Source: Macrostomum lignano (taxonomy: Eukaryota). From it: a stretch of DNA of 64,000 nucleotides. The notes beneath the pieces were generated by a model. The model was given only the letters and a program-made list of their open reading frames with translations, made no database searches and was not told the DNA's origin. The DNA lies in the NCBI GenBank assembly GCA_002269645.1, contig NIVC01003898.1, positions 6,869 to 70,868 of the forward strand. The letters run 5' to 3'. Positions 24,771 to 56,914 of the stretch are shown piece after piece; the first letter of the stretch is position 1, and every line of letters starts with the position of its first letter. The translations under genes and the position numbers were made by a program.

Positions 24771-27700
24771 TCAGTTTGTGATGACTACAGCATCCGCGTC
24801 CGAATCAATGTCTTCAATAGATTGACTCTCTGTTCTTCTATCTTTCCTTTGTTGCAGCAGGAAACTCTCTTGCCGATCGAACAACCTAGCTAGCTGCTCC
24901 TGCGTATCCAGCTGCCTGTCAGCGAGTCGCCGGATTTGCGTTGACAGATGCTGCTGCTGTTGCTGCTGCTGCTGGTGCTGATGAGCTTCTGTATGCAATT
25001 GGCTATACGCGATATCGTGAGTGCACGATTGATGCAGCTGGTGCTGATGCTGATAAGAGTACTGCTGGTGCGTGAAACGGCGCATAGCGTAGCTCTGACA
25101 GCAGAGACATCTTAGCCAGATATCTCTCCAGCGAGCTTTCCATGACATGGCTTTATTTCTATCCACGCTCCTGCCGCTGCTGCTGCTGCCGTACCTTCCG
25201 CGGCGCTGGCAGTTGTTAATGAAGGAGCCATCTTTCGGAAGCAGTCGGATAAAGCAGAGACTAGTTAGAAGCCACAGTCCAGCCAGAAGGTTCAGCGGTG
25301 GAGGCGGCAAAGTTGGCCTCGACGCGGAGCCAGACCTTGACGCTCGATATCGTCGAAGAAGCCAAGCATCGTAGTTTGCTCCTTTCTGATTGGTTGACTC
25401 AACACCGCTTCTATGACTGTCCAACGTCAGAACCATCGACTGAAAATTAAATTAGGAAAAGCAGATGTTAGCAAATTGTCTGCTGCTGTAATTTAAGCAA
25501 TTCATTTTCTCCTACCAAAGAAAAGATCCCAGTAGGATAACATCAGAAAAGTCTGTGAATTTAAATAAATTAATATCGAGCAAAAGCTGCTCCCCTTTTA
25601 AGCGTCGACCAGTAGACACAGACTCACAGTAAGAAGGACAATTGCTAGTCCGCAAGCTAGACCAAGCAGAACTGCTCCGCCAGCGGGTTCTAAACTCAGT
25701 AGATGGCCAGAAGGACGAAAGTTATTGCTCGAATTAGCATTATCATTGATCGCTAAATCATTAGACATAGGAGTGTCTTTGAAGGTGCTGAACCACTGTA
25801 GCATTGGAGTGGCCAGCAGGGCAATGCAGACGGTTGCTGGCCATAGACATTGGCCCAGGGCCGAAGCTTCAACGCGCACGAGAGAGGGGCCTAGCAATGG
25901 AGTGGCCAAACACCAAGTCTGCGCTATCCACAGCCAAGTCACAGTCAGAGCTGTTGTAATCAGAACCGGAAAAAGGAGGCCATCGGGTTGGATCCACAGA
26001 ATCAGCAGTGCCGCATAGCCAAGCAGAAGGCTAGAAAGCTGAGCCCAGCGTCCCTGATCGTTCAAGCGCATAGAGCAAATGCAGATGTAGCGAATCTTCC
26101 CAATCAGGGATTGATGGAGCCGCTGCTTTCTTGAACCGCTCCTACTCCCAAAATTTTGGGCCAGCAGCCTAGTCAACTCTTCGCAAGCAACTCCGATCAG
26201 GAAAGTTATACTGTAACACCAGAATATTGGGTGACTGCTCAATCCGGCAACACCCATCAGAGTAAGAAATAAGACATACATCAGTTGAAAACCGCACCAG
26301 AGCCAATATTGAGCTATTGGTCGAGTCAGGATATCAGTGAGTGACGAGATATTCTTCAAGGTCGAGGACTTCACAGCTTTAATTTTGCTTGAACGCTTTC
26401 TACCCAGTGCGGCCACCGTTGATTCCTCAATAATAACCTCGCTACTCTCCATATCGCCACCGATCGCGGCAGTCTTGCTTGCTTTGTCTGCCTCAAACTC
26501 GTCGTTTTCAAAGCTTCCAGCTGTGCCACCGTCGTCCAATTCGATCCCGCTGTCCCCGTTCCAGTCGGCTATCGCAGCTGATCTCATCGCTGGCAAGAGT
26601 CGCAATCGAAACCCGCCAGGTACTGAAACCATGTCCAACAGTGACAATCCGCCAATAGAGGGCCAAGGGCAGCGCAGGAAGGCGTTGCTACCAGACAGAT
26701 CTGCAACGGCGCTGACCAACTCCAACGTCCAGCTTTCGCAAGCATCTGCGTCAGCCTCCGCGGAGTAATCGCACTGGCTGCTGTCTCTAAGTTTGCCCCG
26801 TGTCGGTGGTTTCGAATGAGACAGCAGGTGAGCACCGCTGCCGGAAGCGCGTCTAGATGCTCGCGACGAAGTAATCGGTAAGCCAGGCCGCGGCGTCCAC
26901 TCAGGGCAGCCCACAAAGTCAGGCTGGACAGGCGAGAGAGGGACAGTTCGTCAAAACCGCACGTCAGGGCTGCCAGATGACGGGCCTTCGCGTCATCAGA
27001 GAGGTCTGCTGGGACCGATCGAGTGCTGTACAGCGCATGCAGCTTTTCTTCCGTTTCTAATCTTGGACGCAGCCGCTGCCAAAGAGGCGGACTCGAGGCC
27101 ACTGCGTCAACGAGTCGATCTTGACCTCGCAATAGTCCGTGAATAGCGACCAGCTCGGCTAGGTTGTCCAGGGTATCTGGGCAGCGAGTCAGACTCCGGA
27201 TCAGAGACGGCGATGCGGATTCGAGTTGACGCGCTAGCGCCATCGGATCGGGGCGGCGACCGAACAGCAAGCGACGAAGCGTCTCAGATGTTGTCGAGAA
27301 GGATGGTGAAATTGTAGCGGAAACTGTGGCTGGGGTCAACGCTGGCGGCGTTGGGTCCTCACCAAACCTGATAAGCCTGAGGCTGGCGTGAAACTGACTA
27401 GCCCAGTCATTTTGACAGTCGTCTAATGGGTCAAGATTGTCATCGGCGTGCCTATCGTTCCGTCTGATTAAATGTCGTTGATCGGCGTCGCTACAGAGGT
27501 GACGCGCCAGGCTAAGAATAAGAGGCCCCGCGCAAGCAAGACGCGGCAGCGCCGTCGCGGTAGCATCTAATGCGGTCGCTCCGCGCCGATCCCTGGCGCC
27601 CAGCTCGGCGCGCAACTCCAACAAAAGTGCAAAAAGTGGCGCATCAGCTCGAATTGCAGCGACGTGAAGCGGACGCTCGCCTGCGCAGCCCTCCGCGTTT

Positions 27701-28191
27701 ACCAGCGACAGATCGTGGCGCGCCAAGCAGTTAACGGCAGCAAGGCTGCCAGCCAAACAGGCTCGGTGCATCGCCGTGTCTCCGTCGGCGTCTACAGCTG
27801 CGGAATCGGCGCCGTGCAGCAGCAGTAGACGCAGGCAGCCGGTGGAGGCAGCCGACGCGGCCAAATGCAACGGCGTATCGCCCCGAGTGTTCACCGGGCC
27901 CGGGCGCGCGCCTAGAGCAAGCAGAGCGCTGGCTGCCTCGACTGCGTCTGACCTGGCGCAGTAGTGTAGGCCGGTATCGCCGAAACGGTCGCGAACCTCT
28001 GCATCGCCGCCGTGCTTGCCGACTAGGCGGACAATGTCAGCCCGGTTGTCGGCGCACGCCTGGTGCAACAGCCGGGCTCCGGTGGCTTCGTCTACAGGCG
28101 CATTGATCGGCCGGTCGTTGGCGAACAGGGTCTCTTCCAGCTCGTTGATGACAGACAGTCGGGGCGTTCGAGGACCGGTCGAAGTTGACAT
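24771..28191 (-). CDS. Ankyrin-repeat TRP (TRPM-like) channel homolog, about 1075 aa. Exons 28191-25628 (frameshift near 26810) and 25439-24771.
   Basis: Five to six ankyrin repeats (GDTGLH, GDTPLH, GDTAMH, GERPLH), then LWAALSGRRGLA...LPAAVLTCCLIR (TRPM pre-TM motif), S1 PIAQYWLW, S2 CEELTRL, S4-S5 linker LGPSLVRV, S6 spliced to SMVLTL, TRP-box-like WLLRRYR, and a C-terminal coiled coil. GTGAGT donor at 25627 and AG acceptor at 25440 are in phase 0. Confidence 0.75.
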
Positions 28192-28408
28192 GATGGTGGC
28201 AGCTATGGGCTGCTGAGGACTTGCCAGAGAGCTTTTCCTTTGAGACGGTTTAGTGCGTCTGTCTTCAAATCGTCACGTGAGAAGTGGTACAAATGAACTC
28301 GACCGGCGAGTCCTTATTGGCTAGCAGCCTGGAAAACTGTTAGCAGAGGCCTTTTTCAGGATTATTATTTTTAGGCTTGACACTTGAGCCAATCTTACGA
28401 CTCAGGCT

Positions 28409-28666
28409 ATTTATTACACTTGCTCTAATGAGCCGATGTGCAACCGACAACTCGGCGCATCTGAAAGCTGCGTACGGCTGTTCAGTCCAAGGTCTGGGGG
28501 GTCACCACACACCCTCAATTACCCCAGCTAATGCTGGTACCAATTATACAGCAGAGTGGACTGAGTTTTTTGCTCAAGGACACAAATTGTTCCGAGTGGG
28601 CCGAGAATCGAACCCCCAACCTTTCATTTGTGAGTTGGGCGCTCTAACGCCTAGGCTACAACCCTT
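28409..28666 (-). mobile_element. tRNA-derived SINE, family B, copy 1
   Basis: Minus strand GGTTGTAGCCTAGGCG...GGGTTCGATTCTC head, GTGTCCTTGAGCAA core and an AAT/ATT-type tail. Second copy at 41990-42268. Confidence 0.7.
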
Positions 28667-29608
28667 GCCTTGGGATTGATACAATAGAAATAAGGTTTGC
28701 CTAGGGGATATAAAACCCACCATGACTTTATTAATTCTCGTCCTCGTATATCTTCTGATACGGTAGTATCGCCAGAAACTATAAGTTAAGCACATTTGGC
28801 CGCGGTTAGCTTCAATGTACTTTTAAAGTGGCGATGCACATTTAAGAGCCGGATCGGATTAGTGATTTCATCCAAGAAAATTAATCCTCAAAACTACAGG
28901 TTGGATGCACTGTCCAAAAATAACCAGGAAGAAGTATAAAAATCGTTCCCTACAGAGGTTTCGATCGGTTAAAGGGGTTGCTGAGAAAAAGGCTGCAAAA
29001 AACGACGAGATAGGCAACTTGAAGCGCCTTTACCACCAGAGCTCTCGTGCGCGCGATGGCGATCCGGGCCGCTGGAATTAATTGGATTTTCTAGAAACCA
29101 TCGGCCACCGACTCTGCGCACTCCTCACTGCATCCTATACTCTTCATCACGTTCCCGCTCATATCTCTTCGCACTCTCACTTTCTTTTCTTCTTCCACTT
29201 TGCCTCCTGTCTCTCTCAGTTTTCTACTCGGATCTCCCTCCGATTTTATTATTCCCGGCCTCCTCTCCACTCTCTCAAACTTCTCGCGTGCTCTGGACAT
29301 TTTTGTCTGAAAGTCGGGCTCCCCTCACCCGTCCACCCAGGTCGCTATCTGGGTCTCCGCACTTCTGAAAAATGAGGACAGTCTGAAGCAGCAGCCTTGT
29401 TGCTCATGGGCTCGCCAGTGCTCTTTACCGAGTGAAAAACTTTTTTCCCATCTTATTCTGAGTCTCTATGCATCCAGTGTGTTATTTGGGCGCCGTTTTG
29501 CAGCTAAAACTAATCTAATAATTCTATTAGCTATGAGGAATCCGTTTAAGCTAATGAGAACTGTGGCCCAGGCCTGTACCTCATAAACTGCTTTGCTGAC
29601 TTACTATG

Positions 29609-29908
<300 letters not shown>

Positions 29909-30746
29909 TGGCTGTTAATGGGCTCATCCAGACGTTTAATTATGAGAATGCGTAAGCGCTTGCTGTTAGTAGTAACGATTGAGGTCGCCCATAACTAGGC
30001 TTATTTTCTAAAGAAGAAAAGTCTAATGCGTGCATTATATTTGAGCTTTACCTGTCTGTCAGAATCAGTTTTCTTTGTCACCTCTAAGGATCAAGCCGAT
30101 TAACTTTTGAGTTGATGCAAATGTTTTGGTGCCTTCGTATTGAAGAAATGTTTTTTGAAATGTTTTTTGAAGTCTATAACAAAATCTAAACTTATAAGAG
30201 CTACTTGTTTTTATAATTGATAATCATCATTCAAATTGGTTTGCCACATAAAACTACTATACATGGCAATAACAGTAGCTGATACAACTAAAAAAAAGTA
30301 TCATAGCTACATTATGCAAACGAATTCCATGCAATTGCAGCTTTTCCTGAATAAATTCTTTTATTCTATTCCGGCAATATTTGGAGCAATGGGTGGCGGG
30401 AAATGTCTTTGAACCAGCTGATGCCCAGCCGGGTTGCCAAACAGCTTGAAGATAAGCTGGTTGCATAATTTAGCAGTGAGCCTGCCACGCAGATAAAATG
30501 ACATGAGGCCATTTCAAAACGAGCCTTACGGATAACCAGTAGCTGCAGAATACAGCTGGCTCTGTTCCTGAACAAAATTAATAATATCTGGTCACTGAGT
30601 GTCTCTTCAATTATTTGGATTGATGCGTTGAGTATATGCAAAATTATTAAGTATTACACAAACAGCCAACTCAAGAAGGGCTCTTCACACGAAAATATCT
30701 GTGCACTGCAGGCCCGTTTTTGGCTGCAAAGTGCATTGGCTGTTTG

Positions 30747-31292
<546 letters not shown>

Positions 31293-32064
31293 GAAAAGGG
31301 AATAGTAATACGTTTGAAAATAAAATCCATCAATAAACAAAGTGCTCGAAGTCTATTTCATGATTTACACAAGTATGTGTGTAATGAAAAATTAGAAGTT
31401 ATATACAGCTGAACTCATAATGGCCATCGAGAAAATTGAGAAAGTTGATATTCTAAGAGAACAGTACATGTACACCACATTGTACATTACGGCTACATCA
31501 TCCCAGCACTTAGAACTCCTGTCCAATTGGCAGAGCAATGTTAATCACAAATCGATGTTTTTTTCCAGATTTTAAGCTTCTCCTATTGTATCGGCCGAGA
31601 GTCAAGTGACTTCCTGTCTGTCTAAAGTCGACTGCAAAAAAGCTGAGTCAGTCTGGGTGAATTCAGAAGGGAAACCGTATGAGATGCATGCATATTGTCG
31701 CGGTGGCATTCTCTCAGCGACAATAAGAGCTAGCTAACCCTACAAAAATCGCTGGCTCCATTGTTTTTCAAAAGCAGCGAACACTGTAAATGCATTTAGC
31801 TAGTAAAATTCTACTCACTCTTGCCGAAATGAGAGGCCGAAAAAAGCAGTGCATGCCTAAATAATGCGAGGTAGCGATTGCATTGAGTGCCAGCCTCTCT
31901 AACCCCCACCATTCGTCAGCCTAAAAATTGTTCCCATCTGCCTCAAAGCTGTTGCCGTCCCCGCATGCAATATCCTATCACGAGCTGGCAGACAGACCAG
32001 CGGCTACATGGATAGATCTTTATAGATAGATTAGATAGACAGGCTCAATCGATCGCGGGCGGCA

Positions 32065-32661
32065 ATGTCAAACCGTCATCACCAACAAATTCGAATTTAC
32101 CAGCAGCAGGCCCAGCATCAGCAATTCGTGTGGGATCTGCTGCCCAGTTCTGCGGCAACCGCTGCCGCCAACAACTTGGTCGCTCCGAGCGCCGAGGTCA
32201 ACCGGGCGAGGTCGGCCACGTCGCATCAGCCGCGAACGCAGGCGCTGTCGCCTCCGCCACGGCTGATGTCAGGCGAGGAGGCGGCTCGCTTGGCGGAACT
32301 CTACAAGAGGAAAGTGGCGAAAAATTCGAACAATTCCAAATCGGCTGAGAGACGCTACGAACTCGTGGCCACTTTTGCTTTGAAAAACGGTCGAATAACA
32401 TCTTATTATTCGCATAGAAACCGACCGGACGCGGTGCCGTTCCAAATCACCGAGAGGCGCAGACGAATCCTCAGGGAGTATTACAGTCGAGGCGAGCAAT
32501 GGATCGCTCTGTACGTCAACGAGATGGAATTTGAGCACTACATGCCCCTGCTCTGGTGCCGGGCCTCCACTATGGCTGATACAACGGCGGCAAATCAGCC
32601 AGCCTGCAATAACAGACGACGCGTCTCGAATAGTCTTAAGAACATTTTTGGACTTCGATGA
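32065..32661 (+). CDS. Intronless hypothetical protein, 198 aa
   Basis: ATG-to-TGA ORF, GC-rich against AT-rich flanks. It shows the poly-Q/A N-terminal style of the recognised genes and a non-repetitive core (RYELVATFALKNGRITSYY...EQWIALYVNEMEFEHYMPLLWC). No family recognised. Confidence 0.6.
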   Translation: MSNRHHQQIRIYQQQAQHQQFVWDLLPSSAATAAANNLVAPSAEVNRARSATSHQPRTQALSPPPRLMSGEEAARLAELYKRKVAKNSNNSKSAERRYELVATFALKNGRITSYYSHRNRPDAVPFQITERRRRILREYYSRGEQWIALYVNEMEFEHYMPLLWCRASTMADTTAANQPACNNRRRVSNSLKNIFGLR

Positions 32662-32741
32662 ATTCGCCAATTCTTTTTGAGAAAATTTACGTTCAGATGT
32701 ATAATTTTAATAATTAACTTTATAATCGTAGCTAAATATTT

Positions 32742-33430
<689 letters not shown>

Positions 33431-34848
33431 TTTCATTTAATTTCGGCGTCCGAATGAACAGAATGATAGAATTCGATTCCTCAGTCATGCGTTCAAAACT
33501 GTAGATTCGTTAATTAAAAATCATAATTTTGTTACAAATATTCAATTGAAGGCCTCTCAGCCATTGACAAACATTTATGAGACATTATTTGCCGCATCCT
33601 ACTTCTAGTAGTCGTTAAATTGAACTGTCAGAACTCCTTCTAGAATCTAGAGCCCCATGAAGGTTCAGGAAAAGCTTATTTCATGCGTAGCAGAAAATAT
33701 TGCATATGCCATTGACGATGGATCCAAGGGACCATTAACTGTCTAGAAATCTAATTTTTCTTTACCGGTTTGTCGTTTCTAAGAAAATCTAATTCGAAGA
33801 GTAACAATAGCTTTTTTTTCCTGTTTCTTAAGCACAATATAACGATGGTTTTTTATTTAAAATTAGGGTCCGGTTTAATTACAGACGATAAGGGAATTAA
33901 TCCGACGATGTACACACTTCTGTTATAATAGATCTACGCGTATTGCAACAAAATTTTAACATTCAAAGATACGTCAGTCGAAGGAAAATTAAAAAAATCA
34001 TCAAACGGATCTTCTACGAATTGATGAAAATCATCTTTGCGGTATCTCAATGCTGCTCTGCATGACTAGAAACTTACTGCTTGTAATTTTTTTACGCCGG
34101 GTTTGCAGCAATTTCAAAAGCATGCTTCGCCCATTCGATTCCTGTATAACAAAACTTGTCAAGTAGGGGTTGCTGTCTCATTTATAGGGCCTACCGATAA
34201 TTGGTTGAGATAGTTGGTGCATACTACTGTTAAGATGTACTACTGTAAATAGAGACTCACAACTAGGTACATCTATACAGAAAACTATGTTGTGGAAACT
34301 ACGAGCATTCACAAGCAAATGACACTTAGCAAGAGGCAGGCTACCAATGTGTACTGTTTAAAATGATCGATCTCACAACAGAGGACAGAGAATAGCTTTG
34401 ACTATGCAGCTTTGGAGATTTAGAATATGGACACACCAAGTTGAGGGTCTATAGAACAAAGACAACAGGCAATTTTCGACTGAGAAGCTCGACAAAGAGA
34501 CCTATAGCATTAGCCTAGCAAGCTTCGCATTAAACATTCAAACTTGCTTTGAAAAAAAAAACGGAGGGTAAGCATTATTCAAGAGAGCGTATTTGTGCGG
34601 AAAACCTCGATTCACTCTGGCCGTAGAGCTTGGAATTAGCAAGTACAAGCTAGCAACCGAAGTCAGTGTTCCCTTATGACAAAGAGCTTTTTGTGTAAGA
34701 CTTTTAATGAATTCCTTGTGCGGGAGTTCAAAGTCTAAGACAGTTCCAAGACAGACCCGAGTGTTGGACGCGTTACCGTGCTGTCGATCTTTTCAATAAA
34801 TTTAAAGGCGCTGAGTTCTGTCTTAAAGAAAATCTCTAACAACGTGAG

Positions 34849-53070
<18,222 letters not shown>

Positions 53071-53119
53071 GATTGAGGCGGCTGGCAAAGCTTAATGGCT
53101 ATAAAATAAGCTTAGCGTC

Positions 53120-53830
53120 TTTTGGTGTCGTCTGTTGTCGTCTGTTGTCTGTTGTAGTTTAGTGTTGTCTGTTGTCGGTTGGTGTCGTCTGTTGTCGGTT
53201 GGTGTCGTCTGTTGTCGTTTGGTGTCGTCTGTTGTCGTTTGGTGTCGTCTGTTGTCGTTTGGTGTCGTCTGTTGTCGTTTGGTGTCGTCTGTTGTCGTTT
53301 GGTGTCGTCTGTTGTCGTTTGGTGTCGTCTGTTGTCGTTTGGTGTCGTCTGTTGTCGGTTGGTGTCGTCTGTTGTCGTTTGGTGTCGTCTGTTGTCGTTT
53401 GGTGTCGTCTGTGTCGTTTGATTTCGTTTGCTGTCGTTTGTTGTCGTCTGTTGTCGGTTGGTGTCGTCTGTTGTCGCTTGGTGTCGTCTGTTGTCGTTTG
53501 GTGTCGTCTGTTGTCGTTTGGTGTCGTCTGTTGTCGTTTGGTGTCGTCTGTTGTCGTTTGGTGTCGTCTGGTGTCGGTTGGTGTCGTCTGGTGTCGGTTG
53601 GTGTCGTCTGTTGTCGTTTGGTGTCGTCTGTTGTCGTTTGGTGTCGTCTGTTGTCGTCTGTTGTCGTCTGTTCTCTGTTGTAGTTTAGTGTCGCCTGTTT
53701 TCGTCTGTTGTCTGTTGTCGTGGTGTCGTCTGTTGTCGTTTGGTGTCGTCTGTGGTCGGTTAGTGTCGTTAGTTGTCGCCTGTTGTCGTTTGTTGTCGTC
53801 TGTTGTCGGTTGGTGTCGTCTGGTGTCGTT
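53120..53830. repeat. 20-bp minisatellite (GTCGTCTGTTGTCGTTTGGT)n
   Basis: Direct reading. Starts about 50 bp upstream of the GPCR ATG. Confidence 0.9.
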
Positions 53831-55696
53831 TGATGTCGGTCGCTCGGTGTCGTCTCTTATTAATTTCTGTCGTTTGCTATCGGTTTCTGACGTTTTTTTT
53901 CAACGGACAAATTTACAGCTACAAAGAATAGAAGCGAATTCTTTGCTTTTTATTCTGAAATCCATGGCTTTAGGGAGCGACAAACCGCTTGCGGATTGGT
54001 CTCTGCAGGCCGCACCACTGGGGAAGAGGGTTAACAGCGATTCACGTTGTGACTTCTTTTCTCACCTCCTCCTCTGCACCCCAGCACTGCAGTACCCGTA
54101 GCTACATAGCTGTGAATGCAACGAAGTTGTTCAAGCGATAATCAGGATTACGTGTGTAGATACGAGCCTGCGATTGAGTTAAGCCCTATGGAGCGATCAT
54201 TTTATTTAGCAGCAGGACTGGAGGCAACTACATGCATGCGGAATAAATCCAGAAAAAATAGCTTCAAAGTAGACAGAAACTGAGACAAAAGACATGGCCT
54301 AATGCCTTGAAGTCGTACAAGACAACGCGTGTCATAAAAGTGTCATAAAAGTATTAGAAAAACTCACGCGGCTAATCCTGCGGTTTAACAGATGTAAACA
54401 AAACTTTCTTCTAACTTTTATTTAATAGGATTATTAAACTGCTCTCAATCAATCGACCTCTTTAGCTCGATCGAGTCGCAATGCTGATACGTTATGCACT
54501 CTATCTGTGCAAGATCCGCAGAAAGACCCTTACAGCTTCATCTCATCGCATTCCCGTACTAATTTTATTAGGCTAGACTTCTATTCTCACACATTGACCA
54601 AATGCGGGTCGAAGTGCCAGGGAGAGGGAGAGGCCCAAGCTTTTCCTGTTGGAGAAAAAGAAACCTTATTTGGTCCGCGATTTGGACTCTACCGCGTGCC
54701 CAGTTTTCAAATTCCACTTCGACACGCTTCTCCGCAGATTGTTTGGACTGTGACGAATAAATAAACTCATCTGCTACGACCCGGATCAGATCCTGTCATA
54801 TTCTCAATTGATGGATGAGTGATGGCAACTTTTTTTCTTATTATTTCATGCCGAACTTCTGATTTTCCACTCAGATGATTTTGATAAATAAATAAAGCTA
54901 GATGAGTTGTGGAGATTAATCTTCGAGTAAATAATGATAATAATTAATTAAAAGTGCAAGAGCGCTTGGGACGGGTTGTCGCTGCAAAATTAATTAGTCA
55001 TCGGAGTATCAAGTCAGTTGGATGCTTTTGCACTAAACTTCCACCCTCTCTCACCTTTTGCAACTTCTCTCAAGTGTTTTTTCCTGAGATTTTTCTTTGT
55101 AAGTTGATCCAAATAAGTACATATAAGTCCAAAAGAGGATTGCGGAAAAAACATCGAGCCGTATAGTTGTTTTCGCTACGCAGAAGCCATAATAAAAAAG
55201 GTATGACGACTACAGAGACATTGTATCATTTCATTCTTCTTTTATTCGGTAGTTCAATTTTCATCTAGTAAAACTGTCTCTGTTTGCTTTATATGCGATG
55301 AAGCATGACTTTCTCGGGAGCTGAATATATCATAAAAATCTTCGGATCTATAAATAACTACTTTAGAATGCATGTGTTTATTTCCTGAACATAGAGCTAG
55401 AAATTCTCTAATAACTTCTGTTAGTGACATACGCTCGTGCAATAGTCTATGGCCGCTGCGCCTCCCTCATCCCTTCCTAATATATAAGTGTCCTACCTTC
55501 ATAATCTTGTTACAACCCCCGCTAACATTAATGTGGTCCTAAAGCCAAATAAACAAGCAAAGCAAGATACGAGCTTCGTTATTCATCAAGCACTAGAGTT
55601 GCCATCAGAGCATCACAGTTAGTCTCTTAAATGTTTTAAAAAATATGAACTTTATTTGGAGTGGCTGGAAAATTTTTGTGTCTTCGTTGGCACTAG

Positions 55697-56472
55697 TGTC
55701 TCTTGGTGGGCGCCTCCTGTCTTTTGGTGGGCGCCCCTGTCTCTTGGTGGGCGCCCCTGTCTCTTGGTGGGCGCTCCGTCTCTTGGTGGGCGCCCCTGTT
55801 TCTTGGTGGGCGCATTGTCTCTAGGTGGGCGCCCCTGTCTCTTGGTGGGCGCCCCTGTTTCTTGGTGGGCGCATTGTCTCTAGGTGGGCGCCCCGTCTCT
55901 TGGTGGGCGCCCCTGTTCTTGGTGGGCGCTTGTCTCTAGGTGGGCGCCCCGTCTCTTGGTGGGCGCCCCTGTCTCTTGGTGGGCGCTCCGTCTCTTGGTG
56001 GGCGCCCTGTTTCTTGGTGGGCGCATTGTCTCTAGGTGGGCGCCCCTGTCTCTTGGTGGGCGCTCCGTCTCTTGGTGGGCGCCCCTGTTTCTTGGTGGGC
56101 GCATTGTCTCTAGGTGGGCGCCCCTGTCTCTTGGTGGGCGCCCCTGTTTCTTGGTGGGCGCATTGTCTCTAGGTGGGCGCCCCTGTCTCTTGGTGGGCGC
56201 CCCTGTTTCTTGGTGGGCGCATTGTCTCTAGGTGGGCGCCCCTGTCTCTTGGTGGGCGCCCCTGTCTCTTGGTGCGCGCCCCGTCTTTTCGTGGGCGCCC
56301 CTGTTTCTTGGTGGGCGCCCCGTCTCTTGGTGGGCGCCCCTGTTTTTTCGTAGGCGCAGTGTCTCTAGGTGGGCGCCCCTGTCTCTTGGTGGGCGCCCCT
56401 GTCTCTTGGTGGGCGCCCCGTCTCTTGGTGGGCGCCCCCGTCTCTTGGTGGGCGCCCCGTCTCTTGGTGGGC
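55697..56472. repeat. 19-20-bp GC-rich minisatellite (CTTGGTGGGCGCCCCTGTCT)n
   Basis: Direct reading. Source of the VSWWAPL ORFs. Confidence 0.95.
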
Positions 56473-56914
56473 ATCGTGTCTCCATCGACGATGTCAACAT
56501 TGGATTAGACGTATATCTACTACTGTAGTAGCTTTATTCAGCAATTGGCAAGGTGAGATTCTCAATTTATAGCCAAAAAAACCTGAAAACTTTCTGACGC
56601 GGATTTGGTGGCAAAAGTGCAATTACTAGTGCAGAATCATTCTACTTTAATGGTGCATGGACGCGTCAGAATACCTGGATTTATTTGAAACAATCGTCAG
56701 CAATTCAAATTTAAAATTGATGAGTTGCAACTTTATGAGTTTGAAAGTTAAAAGCAAGTTTAAACAAATGCATCAAGAAATCAAATTTCGAGCTAAAGTT
56801 GCAGCTTAACTTAATCTTCTCATGGCAGTCACTTTAATAATTTTAACAAAATTTATATCCACCAAGTTAATTTAATACTTTGTGTTGCTAGCAATCAAAT
56901 TGAAAATCGCAGTC

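Noticed and set aside
54600-54770. MRVEVPGRGRGP peptide followed by AATAAATAAA, reminiscent of an RTE-type LINE 3' end
   Set aside because: Too short and lacking RT motifs, so it cannot be supported without a database search.
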